Source: Nitrosopumilus sp. (GTDB lineage: Archaea; Thermoproteota; Nitrososphaeria; Nitrososphaerales; Nitrosopumilaceae). Taken from it: DNA of 64,000 nucleotides. The stretch's first letter is position 1, and each line of letters opens with the position of its first letter. Below, piece by piece: positions 21,620 to 31,504 of the stretch. The notes under the pieces are model-generated. The model was given only the letters and a program-made list of their open reading frames with translations, was not told the DNA's origin and ran no database searches. The stretch lies in assembly GCA_965206745.1 (NCBI GenBank), contig OZ242220.1:192001-256000 (forward strand), read 5' to 3'. The position numbers and the translations under genes were made by a program.

Positions 21620-21922
21620 ATGAAACCCAATGTGAGAAAGATTGCAATGGAGCGAATGCAGATTCTTATTGACAGTGCAATTGGCAACGCAAAAAGTGAT
21701 CCCAAACTTTCTCAGAGACAGGCTTTTCTGGCACGAAGAATCAGCACCAGGCACAAAATTCGAATCCCGTACCATCTTAGAATGGTATTCTGCAAAAAAT
21801 GCAAGTCATTTATTGCGCCGGGGGTAAACTCTAGATTCCGTTTGGGAGGGGCATCTGTCAAGTCAATCAGAATATCCTGCAACTTGTGCGGGCATACTTA
21901 TCGCAAAATTATACCCAGGTGA
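21620..21922 (+). CDS. rnp4: Ribonuclease P protein component 4 (Rpp21)
   Basis: IAMERMQIL..., FCKKC, CNLCG; start placed after the tRNA. Confidence 0.9.
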   Translation: MKPNVRKIAMERMQILIDSAIGNAKSDPKLSQRQAFLARRISTRHKIRIPYHLRMVFCKKCKSFIAPGVNSRFRLGGASVKSIRISCNLCGHTYRKIIPR

Positions 21923-21964
21923 CTTGTCCTCGCAGCACCCAAAATTATAATCTCAAAGCTAGTC

Positions 21965-22900
21965 TTGTCAATGGTGGGTCTGCTGTTCCCATACACACAA
22001 CACCGCTTGGGATCCACAGCTGAGATCAAAGTCTTTGTAGATGCACCACGTATAATGGCAAAAAGCATGCCTTAGCCTATTTCATGCAAGGGGTGACTCA
22101 CTTTCAATTAAAACTGCAGATGCCCAAGAATTCCCAATGACTGTCTTACAATGATAAAATTTCAATTACGACGAATCAACGGACAAAATCTCGTACCAAT
22201 GCACCTCTAATTGGAATCAATACGAGCATGACTCTGGTATTAATCAACTGATATTTTTGCAAAAGGACTTTCTCTCAAACAAGGGCATGATATTGATGTC
22301 CTTGTGGAGGGGACAGGTTCAAGATGGTTACTCTCTTGGCATCTCAATCTGATGAAAACATTATACGAGTAAACATTTCACATGAGGAACTCTTGTCAGT
22401 CAAGAACAGCTTGGATGTCACAAATGATGATGAATTTGATTTAATATTTGAGAACGGTCTTACTGCAAAAGTATTCTGGGATTAAAGTAGAGGGTGGTCA
22501 AAAAACTTTCCTCCCTTCCTTGATGTATGGTAGTACCGACGAAGATATTTTATTTGCACATGGCATTGCTGACTCCCCTGGGAGGAGGGATCTGGTCAAA
22601 TGTCGAAATTTCCGATGTCCATCTTTGACCTGCATGAAATCTACCTGGAACCTGTTTTAATTCCTGCTGGCAGGCAATATCAGTTAAGGATAATTCTGGC
22701 TGGCCATAATTTTGCAAAGTTTTTCACCTCAAAATCGGACTTTGATCCTGCTTCCAAGCCCGCAATACAAGAAGAAAAAGCTGCATCTGTCCTGCCTTGG
22801 ATAAAAAATAATGCCAGATGGCAGGCAGATTTCCGAAAGGGACTCTGTCAAAGGAATGGAATTTCTAGTTAGTCAAGGGATGATTGAAGTTGGAAAATTC
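21965..22900 (+). pseudogene. Heavily degraded paralogue of the secreted 'peptidase' family
   Basis: Fragments in shifting frames: SLSIKTADAQEFPMTV / YNDKI / FNYDESTDKISYQ..NW, then LPWIKNNARW..KGMEFLVSQGMIEV; these match 746..2488 and 2730..4286. Confidence 0.7.
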
Positions 22901-22993
22901 TGACTCGTCTGATAATTTTACGCCAAATTACGTCAGATAAACTCGATGCAATATCTCAATGATTTATAAGACGATTATCGGGTTTTTGACTTT

Positions 22994-23446
22994 ATGGCAA
23001 AGGTATACGATGTACCGGCAGACAAACTGATAGGAAGACTATCCACAGTACTAAAGAGTGAGGATATTCCTGCACCCTCGTGGATACCATTTGTCAAGAC
23101 TGGAGCCCATGCAGATAAACCACCCCAAGACAGGGAATGGTGGCATACAAGATGCGCCTCAATTATGAGAAAAATTTACCTTAATGGCCCGATTGGGATT
23201 AACGCTTTACGAAATGACTACGGTGGCGGCAGACCGTCTGGGTATGGAGCCGCACATCACAGGGATGCCAGCGGTGCAATTATTCGCAATGCAATTCAGG
23301 GGTTGGAAAAACTCGGTTACTTGGAAAAAGTTGAAAAGAAGGGGAGAATCATCTCCAAGCAGGGAATGCAAAAACTAGACAGACTGGCAACTGAGATTCT
23401 CAAAGAACTGATTGTTGAAAACCCGCAATTAAAAATATATTCTTAG
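22994..23446 (+). CDS. rps19e: 30S ribosomal protein S19e
   Basis: VYDVPAD, FVKTG, WWHTRCASIMRKIY. Confidence 0.97.
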   Translation: MAKVYDVPADKLIGRLSTVLKSEDIPAPSWIPFVKTGAHADKPPQDREWWHTRCASIMRKIYLNGPIGINALRNDYGGGRPSGYGAAHHRDASGAIIRNAIQGLEKLGYLEKVEKKGRIISKQGMQKLDRLATEILKELIVENPQLKIYS

Positions 23447-23453
23447 ATTCAAA

Positions 23454-23735
23454 ATGAGCTTCCCAGAATCCGGCGAACCTCCTAATCATGAGGCCAGCCA
23501 TGAATCAACTGCACAAAAGGAACAAATTCTAAAGCAGGTTCTGTCGCCTGAAGCTAGGCGGAGACTAAATAACATCAAAATGGTAAAACCTGAGCTTTCT
23601 GAGATGGTGGAGCAGTATCTGATTGGCATGGCAACACAAGGAAAAATTCCCGGCCAAGTCACCGATGAGCAATTAAAACAGATTTTGCTATCTACCCAGC
23701 AACCTAAACGTGATTTTAAGATAAATCGGATCTGA
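23454..23735 (+). CDS. PDCD5-family dsDNA-binding protein
   Basis: LSPEARRRLNNIKMVKPE; canonical position after rps19e. Confidence 0.92.
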   Translation: MSFPESGEPPNHEASHESTAQKEQILKQVLSPEARRRLNNIKMVKPELSEMVEQYLIGMATQGKIPGQVTDEQLKQILLSTQQPKRDFKINRI

Positions 23736-23776
23736 TCTAGAAAAAATATAATTATGGGAATAAAACCAGTTAATAC

Positions 23777-24856
23777 ATGAAAGCAGTTGTTTATAATGAA
23801 TATGCACCGGATGATAACTATGCTAAAATCCTCAAAGTCCAGGATATAGATGATCCAAAACCAAAGCCAGACCAAGTAGTTTTCAAGGTAAAGGCAGCGG
23901 CCCTTAACTACAATGATATCTGGGGAATGAGAGGCGTACCAGTTGCCGTTCCATTACCACACGTATCAGGCTCTGATGCCGCCGGAGACGTCATAGCGGT
24001 GGGAGAGGACGTCAAAAACATCAAAGTTGGGGACAGGGTAGTATCTCACTCCAACATGTCCTGCAGAGTCTGCAAAGCATGTACTGATGGACGAGAATTT
24101 GACTGTGTAAATAGAACCATCTGGGGATTTCAAACTGGTCCTACATGGGGTGCATTTCAAGAAGTCACCCACCTGCCTGAGGTGAATATCTCAAAAATTC
24201 CAGAGGGCCTATCATACGAGGATGCAGCAGCTGCGTCAATGACCATCTTGACGTCATGGCACATGCTTGTAGGAAGGGCAAAGATCACGCCAGGACAGAC
24301 CGTCTTGATTATGGGTGGCGGTTCTGGAGTTGGAAGCTTTGGAATTCAGATTGCAAAACTATACAATTGTGATGTAATTGCAACTGCCAGTCCAGACAAA
24401 CTTGACAAATGCCTGGAACTTGGGGCAGATTATGCCGTCGATCACAGAAAGGAAGACTGGCATAAGGAAGTCAGGGGAATTACAAAAGAGTTGGCCAAGA
24501 AAAAAGGCGAGGTGCCTGGAATCGACGTATCCTTTGATCACATCGGTGAGACACACTGGAACAAGCAACTCACCCTGCTCAAATACGGCGCAACGCTAGT
24601 CTCCTGCGGAGCAACCACAGGTTACAATGCACAAACTGATCTTAGACACGTATTCTTCAAAGGAACCAACATCTTGGGTTCGACTCAGGGAACCAAGGCA
24701 GAACTTGATCAGGCCTTGTATTGGATGGGTCAAGGAAAAATCAAAGCCGCAATTGACTCAACGTACACGTTTGAGCAGGCAGCCGAGGCCCACACAAAGA
24801 TGTTAACTGGAAAGGGTCTCTTTGGTAAAATCCTGCTAAAGCCAGAGGGCGTCTAG
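23777..24856 (+). CDS. Zinc-binding medium-chain dehydrogenase/reductase (candidate acryloyl-CoA reductase)
   Basis: GSDAAG, structural Zn CRVCKAC..C, GGGSGVG; the specific substrate is inferred. Confidence 0.8.
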   Translation: MKAVVYNEYAPDDNYAKILKVQDIDDPKPKPDQVVFKVKAAALNYNDIWGMRGVPVAVPLPHVSGSDAAGDVIAVGEDVKNIKVGDRVVSHSNMSCRVCKACTDGREFDCVNRTIWGFQTGPTWGAFQEVTHLPEVNISKIPEGLSYEDAAAASMTILTSWHMLVGRAKITPGQTVLIMGGGSGVGSFGIQIAKLYNCDVIATASPDKLDKCLELGADYAVDHRKEDWHKEVRGITKELAKKKGEVPGIDVSFDHIGETHWNKQLTLLKYGATLVSCGATTGYNAQTDLRHVFFKGTNILGSTQGTKAELDQALYWMGQGKIKAAIDSTYTFEQAAEAHTKMLTGKGLFGKILLKPEGV

Positions 24857-24863
24857 TCATTTA

Positions 24864-25718
24864 ATGACTCAGCTTTTTCGCAGTCTTATTTTCGTCCCTG
24901 GAAATAATTCTAGATTCTTAGAAAAAGCAAAAACCCTTCAGGCAGACATTGTCTGCTTTGATTTGGAGGACTCTGTTCCGGACGATGAGAAGGCAAATGC
25001 GCGAGGGCTGATAAAGTCCGCGCTGAAAAGTAGGAAATCATACAAGTCTCCAATCTTTGTCAGGACAAACTCCCCAAACTCGGGAAAAATCCCGTCAGAT
25101 CTCAAGGAGGTTCTTCAGAAGGGAATTGACGGCATTGTAATCCCCAAGGTTAACAACGTAAGGGAGATGCAGAGAATTGTAAAAATATTGTCTGACTTGG
25201 AAAAAACCCGAAGACTAAAACCCGTTCAAATCATTCCTTCGATTGAGTCTGCAGAAGGAGTAGTCAATGCCTTTAGCATCGCATCCTTTGGAAAGCGGGT
25301 GTCTGCCATGGTTTTTGGCGTTTTTGATCTGTTAAATGACTTGGGAGTGGAATACACAAAAGATCCTGAGGGCCAAAAATACTCTAGGCAAAAGATACCT
25401 GTGGATGCACATGCGGCCGGGATATCCGTGATTGACTCCATCTGGCAGGATCTCAAGGATCCAAAGGGATTGGAAAAGGATTGCAAATTAGGAAAGAGTC
25501 TCGGATACAATGGGAAGAGCATCATTCATCCGGATCAGATACCTGTTGTGCACAGATCATTTTATCCAAGCAAAAATGAAATTTCTTGGGCTGAGAAGGT
25601 GTGCAAAATTTATCTTGAATCAGCAAAGAAAGGTAGGGGGGCTACAACCGTGGAGGGAAAAATGATAGACGAGGTACATTTCAAGCAGGCAAAGGCCCTA
25701 CTTGAGATTGTAAAATGA
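24864..25718 (+). CDS. CitE/HpcH-family CoA-ester lyase
   Basis: RSLIFVPG, DLEDSV, IPKV, IES, GKSIIHPDQI, GKMID. Confidence 0.9.
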   Translation: MTQLFRSLIFVPGNNSRFLEKAKTLQADIVCFDLEDSVPDDEKANARGLIKSALKSRKSYKSPIFVRTNSPNSGKIPSDLKEVLQKGIDGIVIPKVNNVREMQRIVKILSDLEKTRRLKPVQIIPSIESAEGVVNAFSIASFGKRVSAMVFGVFDLLNDLGVEYTKDPEGQKYSRQKIPVDAHAAGISVIDSIWQDLKDPKGLEKDCKLGKSLGYNGKSIIHPDQIPVVHRSFYPSKNEISWAEKVCKIYLESAKKGRGATTVEGKMIDEVHFKQAKALLEIVK

Positions 25719-26037
25719 TTGCATTTCTGCGAGTCCTTCAAATGGATCAACTGTTGATTTCCGAGTCCTGAAAATCCCCTTTGCCTTAGAGTCCGTGGTT
25801 TTTTTAACTTTGATGGCAAAGGCGCAATTATCCTGTAAGGCCTACAGACTAGGTGAGTACCCTGATAGGAAACCCGCAGTATCCCAAGGAAAACAGATTC
25901 AGCGAGGACCAGCCATGATGCGGTTATTTCCTGGGTTCTAAATGAGATACTTTGCAGAGTACTGGAACGAATATTTTTCAAAGTTGCTATTTAAATTAGA
26001 ATGGATTAAAGATGATGAATTCCTTACAAATTATAGC

Positions 26038-26739
26038 ATGGTAGATCTTTTAGATCCTTCAAACGTAATTACTAGGATGTTTAACAATCAACAATACGAT
26101 GACATGTACGTCTATTGCAAAAAGATGCTTGAAAAGGCACCTGATGACATGGTCGCATTACAGAACATCTCACTATCTCTGATTTATTTGAAAAAATATG
26201 AGGAGGCCATTGACTACTGCAATCAGGTTCTAGCAATAAAGGACTCTGATGCATACGCACTCAAAAACAAGATTTTTGCACTTGAAAATCTGAAACAATA
26301 CGAGCAAGTACTCAAGCTGTGCCAGGAAGCCCTTCGGACCAATCCGAAAGATATCTGGATCCTAAACAGCATGGGGCTTTCTCTAAACGAGTTGAATCGT
26401 CACAAGGAGGCCCTCAAATGCTACGAGACATCGCTTCTAGTGGATTCAAAAGATGTTACGGCCTTGATGAACAAGGCCATCTCCCTGAGCCATCTGGGTA
26501 ATTATCAGGAAGCCATCAATTACTATGACAAGGCACAAATGATTGATTCAACGTTAAGGGAACTGCCGCTGGCAAAGTCTCAGTTATTTGAAAAATTGGG
26601 CATGGCAGACGATGCATTTTTGGCTGCGCAAGGCATTCTCAACAAAGACATGGAAAAAATCAAGAATGATGCCCGAGAGAATAGGTGCTCTATCTTTCAC
26701 CAACTGTGTGATGATGAATTCAAAAAATTCAGCAGCTGA
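26038..26739 (+). CDS. Tetratricopeptide repeat protein
   Basis: Repeated ALxNK..L..L..Y.EAI.YYDKA units. Confidence 0.88.
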   Translation: MVDLLDPSNVITRMFNNQQYDDMYVYCKKMLEKAPDDMVALQNISLSLIYLKKYEEAIDYCNQVLAIKDSDAYALKNKIFALENLKQYEQVLKLCQEALRTNPKDIWILNSMGLSLNELNRHKEALKCYETSLLVDSKDVTALMNKAISLSHLGNYQEAINYYDKAQMIDSTLRELPLAKSQLFEKLGMADDAFLAAQGILNKDMEKIKNDARENRCSIFHQLCDDEFKKFSS

Positions 26740-26764
26740 TCTATATCTAATTCTGTATAATCTT

Positions 26765-26811
26765 GACTCTGATCACAAATGGTGATCTGATTACTGTATT
26801 TTACCAGAGCC
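26765..26811. repeat. 47-bp imperfect palindrome, dispersed repeat copy 3
   Basis: gactctgatcacaaatggtgatc-t-gattactgtattttaccagagcc, at the left edge of the 12-kb island. Confidence 0.85.
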
Positions 26812-26880
26812 ACATAAGATCTATCTGTGACAGGACTCAATCTTTCTGAATACATGGTAAATCTTTTATTGCATCAAATT

Positions 26881-28950
26881 ATGAAAATTTCATTGAATAG
26901 GGTTTTTGTGTTATTAATGGCACTATTTTTGGTTACTTCGGTAGGCCTGGGATCAGCTTATGCTCAAAGTTATAGGGATATTATGCAAGAGTGGCATGAT
27001 TACATCCAATCATACGAGGATTATGTGAAAGAATACGGTCAATACGTGGAAAAACATGAAGATTATGTGGGAGAATACAAGAGCCATATGAAAAAATACG
27101 AAATATGGGACGTTAGCATCGTCAACAATCTAGAATCAGATGATAAAGGTGTGAAAGCCGAGTTTGTTAAAATGAAATCACAATTAAGTAAAATGACGTC
27201 GGGAATTAAAACAGAACTCAAAGTTGTAGAGCCAAGAGGACCAATAGAACCTACAGAGCAGAGAGGACCCATAGAGCCAACAGAACCAAGAGGACCAATA
27301 GAACCCACAGAGCCTACCACTAAACCCAAAGTTGTAGAACCCACAGAGCCTACCACTAAACCCAAAGTTGTAGAACCCACAGAGCCTACCACTAAACCCA
27401 AAGTTGTAGAACCTGCTAAACCCAAAGTTGTAGAACCCACAGAGCCTACCACTAAACCCAAAGTTGTAGAACCAACAGAGCCAACCACTACGCCTTCTAT
27501 CGTGGAATCTGATCCAACACCAACACCTCAGACAGGCAACACCACAGCACCTGATCCAGCTCCTGTACCTACAGGCAACACCACAGCACCTGATCCAGCT
27601 CCTGTACCTACAGGCAACACCACAGCACCTGATCCAGCTCCTGTACCTACAGGCAACACCACAGCACCTGATCCAGCTCCTGTACCTACAGGCAACACCA
27701 CAGCACCTGATCCAGCTCCTGTACCTACAGGCAACACCACAGCACCTGATCCAGCTCCTGTACCTACAGGCAACACCACAGCACCTGATCCAGCTCCTGT
27801 ACCTCAAACAGACAACTCCACAGACACAGCACCACCAACCAGCAACGAACCTATGGAATTGTATTACGAAGATGGAAGTTTGCAATCACGTGAAGAATAT
27901 TATGAGGACGGACAAAAGAAAAAGATTACAGAATATCATCCAAATGGAGCAGTCACCGGAGAAGAAAAATGGTATGAGGATGGAACTCCAATGTCAACTC
28001 TTGGTTATAGTAATAATGGGCAACTGACCCGAGAATATCGAGTTGATGAGGATGGTACAGTCACAGTTAATGCATGGTATAATTCCGATGGGAGTTTAGA
28101 TGAAGTTGAAGAACATTATGAAAATGGACAAATAAAAAAGAAGACACAATATCATGGTGATGAAATCCTCCGTCAAGTAGAACAATGGTATGAGAATGGA
28201 CAAGTAATGTCATATATTGAGTATTATCAGAATGGACAACTCCAACAACAATATCAAATTGATGAGAATAGAAAAAACACAATGTGGGTAAAATACTATG
28301 AGAGCGGACAACTACAAGAAGAGTTTCAATATTATGAAAATGGAAATCCAAAGTTTTACAAAGAGTATACTGCGAATGGTAACCTAGACCTAGAAATACT
28401 CTATTATGAAAATGGAAATGAGAAATCACACAGATCATATACTAACGGACAAATAGATCGTGTAACAGACTATTATGAAAATGGTCAATTTGTATCCGGG
28501 TATGATATAAATGGTAATCCTGCACCATATCATACTGATACAACATCACCTAACAAATGGTATGATAGACATGGAAATTTGGAATATTATGAAGAATATT
28601 ATGATGATGGATCAAAGAAAAAGAAGATAACATATCATCCAGATGGAGGTGGTGTTAAAAGAGTAGAACAATTGGATGAGAATGGACAAATCAGTAGCTG
28701 GATCAGGTATGATCGGAATGGATCACTGGACGAAGAATATCGAACTGATGAAAATGGAAAAATCTTAGTTAATGTACATTATCATGATAATGGACAAATA
28801 AGTTATGAATCCCTATATCATGAAAATGGTGAAATAAAAATTTATAACGTTTATTATGAAGATGGGACTTTGAAATCAGAATCGTTTTATAATGAAAATG
28901 GAAATTTCGAATCAAAGAAAGAATATGATGTGAACGGAGAACTAAAATAA
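26881..28950 (+). CDS. Exported protein with Pro/Thr-rich stalk and C-terminal MORN-variant repeats
   Basis: Signal peptide MKISLNRVFVLL...SAYA-Q from ATG 26881; tandem P/T repeats; YYE(D/N)G repeats. Confidence 0.85.
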   Translation: MKISLNRVFVLLMALFLVTSVGLGSAYAQSYRDIMQEWHDYIQSYEDYVKEYGQYVEKHEDYVGEYKSHMKKYEIWDVSIVNNLESDDKGVKAEFVKMKSQLSKMTSGIKTELKVVEPRGPIEPTEQRGPIEPTEPRGPIEPTEPTTKPKVVEPTEPTTKPKVVEPTEPTTKPKVVEPAKPKVVEPTEPTTKPKVVEPTEPTTTPSIVESDPTPTPQTGNTTAPDPAPVPTGNTTAPDPAPVPTGNTTAPDPAPVPTGNTTAPDPAPVPTGNTTAPDPAPVPTGNTTAPDPAPVPTGNTTAPDPAPVPQTDNSTDTAPPTSNEPMELYYEDGSLQSREEYYEDGQKKKITEYHPNGAVTGEEKWYEDGTPMSTLGYSNNGQLTREYRVDEDGTVTVNAWYNSDGSLDEVEEHYENGQIKKKTQYHGDEILRQVEQWYENGQVMSYIEYYQNGQLQQQYQIDENRKNTMWVKYYESGQLQEEFQYYENGNPKFYKEYTANGNLDLEILYYENGNEKSHRSYTNGQIDRVTDYYENGQFVSGYDINGNPAPYHTDTTSPNKWYDRHGNLEYYEEYYDDGSKKKKITYHPDGGGVKRVEQLDENGQISSWIRYDRNGSLDEEYRTDENGKILVNVHYHDNGQISYESLYHENGEIKIYNVYYEDGTLKSESFYNENGNFESKKEYDVNGELK
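27229..27489 (+). repeat. Coding tandem repeats: 27-bp (EPRGPIEPT-like) x3, then 36-bp (EPTEPTTKPKVV) x4 with one shortened unit
   Basis: Read directly from DNA and protein. Confidence 0.9.
27532..27804 (+). repeat. Perfect 39-bp tandem repeat x7 (TGNTTAPDPAPVP)
   Basis: acaggcaacaccacagcacctgatccagctcctgtacct seven times with no spacers. Confidence 0.97.
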
Positions 28951-28996
28951 GATTTTAAATCCATGGGCTCTGTCAAATCTTTGGGATCTAGACCCC

Positions 28997-29071
28997 AAAT
29001 ACGGATCTTTGAATTCAAAAAATCTCCGACTTTTAAACATCGAGATCTAATCACTGTTTTGCACCAGCGCC
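28997..29071 (+). repeat. Degenerate copy of the dispersed repeat, including the palindrome right arm
   Basis: aaatacggatcttt..attcaaaa..gagatctaatcactgttttgcaccagcgcc aligns with 58090-58163 and with the right arm of the 47-bp element. Confidence 0.6.
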
Positions 29072-29412
29072 ACCGGATCCCTTTGGCTGTGTCTGATCAT
29101 CCTTTCTCTTTTGACGTCTTTCTTGTTTCTCCTTGTCTATATGCAAGTGAATTGGCAGATGGCGGTGAGCTTGAATTTCCATAGTAATTTATCTTGGCAG
29201 CAAGTGTGTTGATCTATCTTTGTAACTGTGTAACCATTGCAGGATTGTCCATTTGGCTCTTTTGTCGGATTATGATATCGCTGAGCTTTTGCACGACAAT
29301 CTCAAGCTCCCTGTTTGTAGGTCTTTTGCCCTTCATGACTGTAATGTATGGTCATGATTAATGGATCATAATGCTTGTTGATAAGATTGTGAGAATAGGT
29401 GACCTCAGACGA
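29072..29412 (-). mobile_element. IS66-like transposase 5' remnant
   Basis: From ATG 29336: MKGKRPTNRELEIVVQKL...QR*INTLAAKINYYGNSSSPPSANSLAY, a coiled coil plus NSSxPPS motif typical of IS66 transposase N-termini; homologous to 50263-50483. Confidence 0.6.
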
Positions 29413-29458
29413 ACTTTGCTTCGAATTATTTTAATATCTTATATTTTACAAATTTGCA

Positions 29459-31219
29459 GTGGCTGGAAATGCAATACTGGTACTAGCAGTGCTATTTGTC
29501 GGAATGATGATTATTCCGGCATATGCAGAATCCTCTCCACGGGAGCAACTCAGAGACGGCATTTCAATAAACCAGATCCAGTGCGGTGAGGAAAAGACCC
29601 TCATACAGTCAGCTACAGGCAAGCCTGCATGCGTCTTTGATGCCACCTTGGAAAGACTCCTTGTGCGTGGATGGAGCATTATACAAGTCGAACCAATCCC
29701 TGAACCTCAAGTGGTATTAGACACACCATCTGACCAACCGGCAGAAGAACATTCTCCTGAAGATGACATCATGTATCTACTAGCTCGTGGTCACATCACC
29801 ACAAAGTATGCCCCAAAGCTGCCAGATCCTGATGCAGTCTGGTTTCCCATGCCCCTTGCAGATGCCGAAGTAGTACTGCAGCGTCTTTTAGATGCATACG
29901 ATGACAGGATTGTATTTTATGAGCAACCAAATGATTATTGCCATACTTTGGGCACGTGTCGTGTTCCCAACAGTACTGGCATCTTTCAACCCTCTTTAGA
30001 ATTCACTGGACGTTATTTCTATGCCACAGAAAAGGGTGGTGAGGTTGTATTACAAAAGAAACATGGAAGCTTTGATATTGACGCACCACAAGTCATACGC
30101 AGGATAGAGTACACCATACCCGAACATATCCCACATGATCAACGGGAAGAGTTTATCACCTCGTTTATGGACAGGGCCGGATTTTACAACTCCTACATAG
30201 GTGGTCATCTAAGTGAGAGGTTTGTTGTCTATGGAGGAATGGATCCCGTAGACGTATATGATTCGGTTGTCTTTTCAAGCAAGAAGGCCGGTACAGAGAT
30301 AAGCTTCTCTGGTTGGACAAATAATGCAAAATCACTTGCCGCTTCATTTCTAAGTAATTCTGAACTGGAAAGACGTGCATACGAATTTGCAAGAAAACAC
30401 ATGCATCTGATTAAACCGGAACATTGTGAAATATTTAGGGAAGAACCTCTATCAGGCCGTGTATTTAATGGATTCACATATGCCGGAACTTCATTTACGA
30501 GTATATCCATAGGTCATTGTGTTGCAATGAATAGTTCGCATCTGATGCTAGTAAATGTAGAAAACCTGGAAGGTGAGATCGTCTTTTTTGACAGGCCACA
30601 GTGGCTAGTTGATGACTGGTATGAAAAAGTTGATACTCCAAAATATGCCCTGACCCATTTGCAATCAAAAATGCAGGAACAACCAGTAACAGCTAAACCA
30701 ATACCGGCTATAAAACCAATTACAGTCACATCAACAGAGGACCTCCTTGAATCCCACTACCATGAAAACGGAAATTTGTTAGATGAGAAATGGTACCATG
30801 AAAGCGGAAATCCAAAAACTCAAAAAAAATACAACCTGTTTGGAAATGGAAATTTGGAACGGGAAACCCATTACCATGATGATTATAACGGATTTATAAA
30901 ATCTGACAAAGAGTGGAATGATAACGGACAATTATCAAGCGAGGGAGAATGGCATGAAAATGGAAAAACAAAATTTCGACGTACCTGGCATGATAATGGA
31001 CAATTATCATATGAAATCATTTGGACATATGATGAAAATTGGAAACCACACTTTCTAAGTAAACTTTATTATGAAAATGGAAATTTAAACGTTGAATCAA
31101 AAAAGGTTGCATCAACCAATTATGAAAATAGGATGATGAAAAAATATTATGCACGTTACTATGAGGATGGAGAATTATATTATGAACGACACTATGACGA
31201 TCGTGGAAAAAGAATTTGA
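29459..31219 (+). CDS. Exported variable-domain MORN-repeat protein, copy A
   Basis: Signal peptide, SPREQL..C..GKPACV..RGW module, ~300-aa unknown central domain, WHENG/YYENG repeats. Confidence 0.88.
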   Translation: MAGNAILVLAVLFVGMMIIPAYAESSPREQLRDGISINQIQCGEEKTLIQSATGKPACVFDATLERLLVRGWSIIQVEPIPEPQVVLDTPSDQPAEEHSPEDDIMYLLARGHITTKYAPKLPDPDAVWFPMPLADAEVVLQRLLDAYDDRIVFYEQPNDYCHTLGTCRVPNSTGIFQPSLEFTGRYFYATEKGGEVVLQKKHGSFDIDAPQVIRRIEYTIPEHIPHDQREEFITSFMDRAGFYNSYIGGHLSERFVVYGGMDPVDVYDSVVFSSKKAGTEISFSGWTNNAKSLAASFLSNSELERRAYEFARKHMHLIKPEHCEIFREEPLSGRVFNGFTYAGTSFTSISIGHCVAMNSSHLMLVNVENLEGEIVFFDRPQWLVDDWYEKVDTPKYALTHLQSKMQEQPVTAKPIPAIKPITVTSTEDLLESHYHENGNLLDEKWYHESGNPKTQKKYNLFGNGNLERETHYHDDYNGFIKSDKEWNDNGQLSSEGEWHENGKTKFRRTWHDNGQLSYEIIWTYDENWKPHFLSKLYYENGNLNVESKKVASTNYENRMMKKYYARYYEDGELYYERHYDDRGKRI

Positions 31220-31504
31220 TAACTAGTACCTGTGAGACATACATGACTGCAAAGATTCTAAACGAGTACTGCCTCACTGGTTATGGTGTGCATTTTCGTC
31301 ACTAGGAACGGAATCAAGCATGTATTTCGTGCGTAAAATCATGATTTTATTCTCAGATGTGACACAAGATCTATCTGTGACAGGATTCAATCCTTCTGAA
31401 TGCATAGTAAATCTCTTATTGCATTAAATTACGAAAATCTCATTGAATAAGATCATCTTGTTATTAATGCAGATAACATCAAGTGCAGATGGAGCAACGG
31501 TACA

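Noticed and set aside
21495-22900. Integrated element at tRNA-Gly
   Set aside because: No duplicated tRNA 3' end or integrase; rnp4 follows directly
25610-25981. 123-aa minus-strand ORF
   Set aside because: Overlaps the lyase 3' end and has no recognisable motif; may be decayed DNA but unsupported
27532-27804. CRISPR array
   Set aside because: Repeats are head-to-tail with no spacers, in frame inside a CDS, and no cas genes are present
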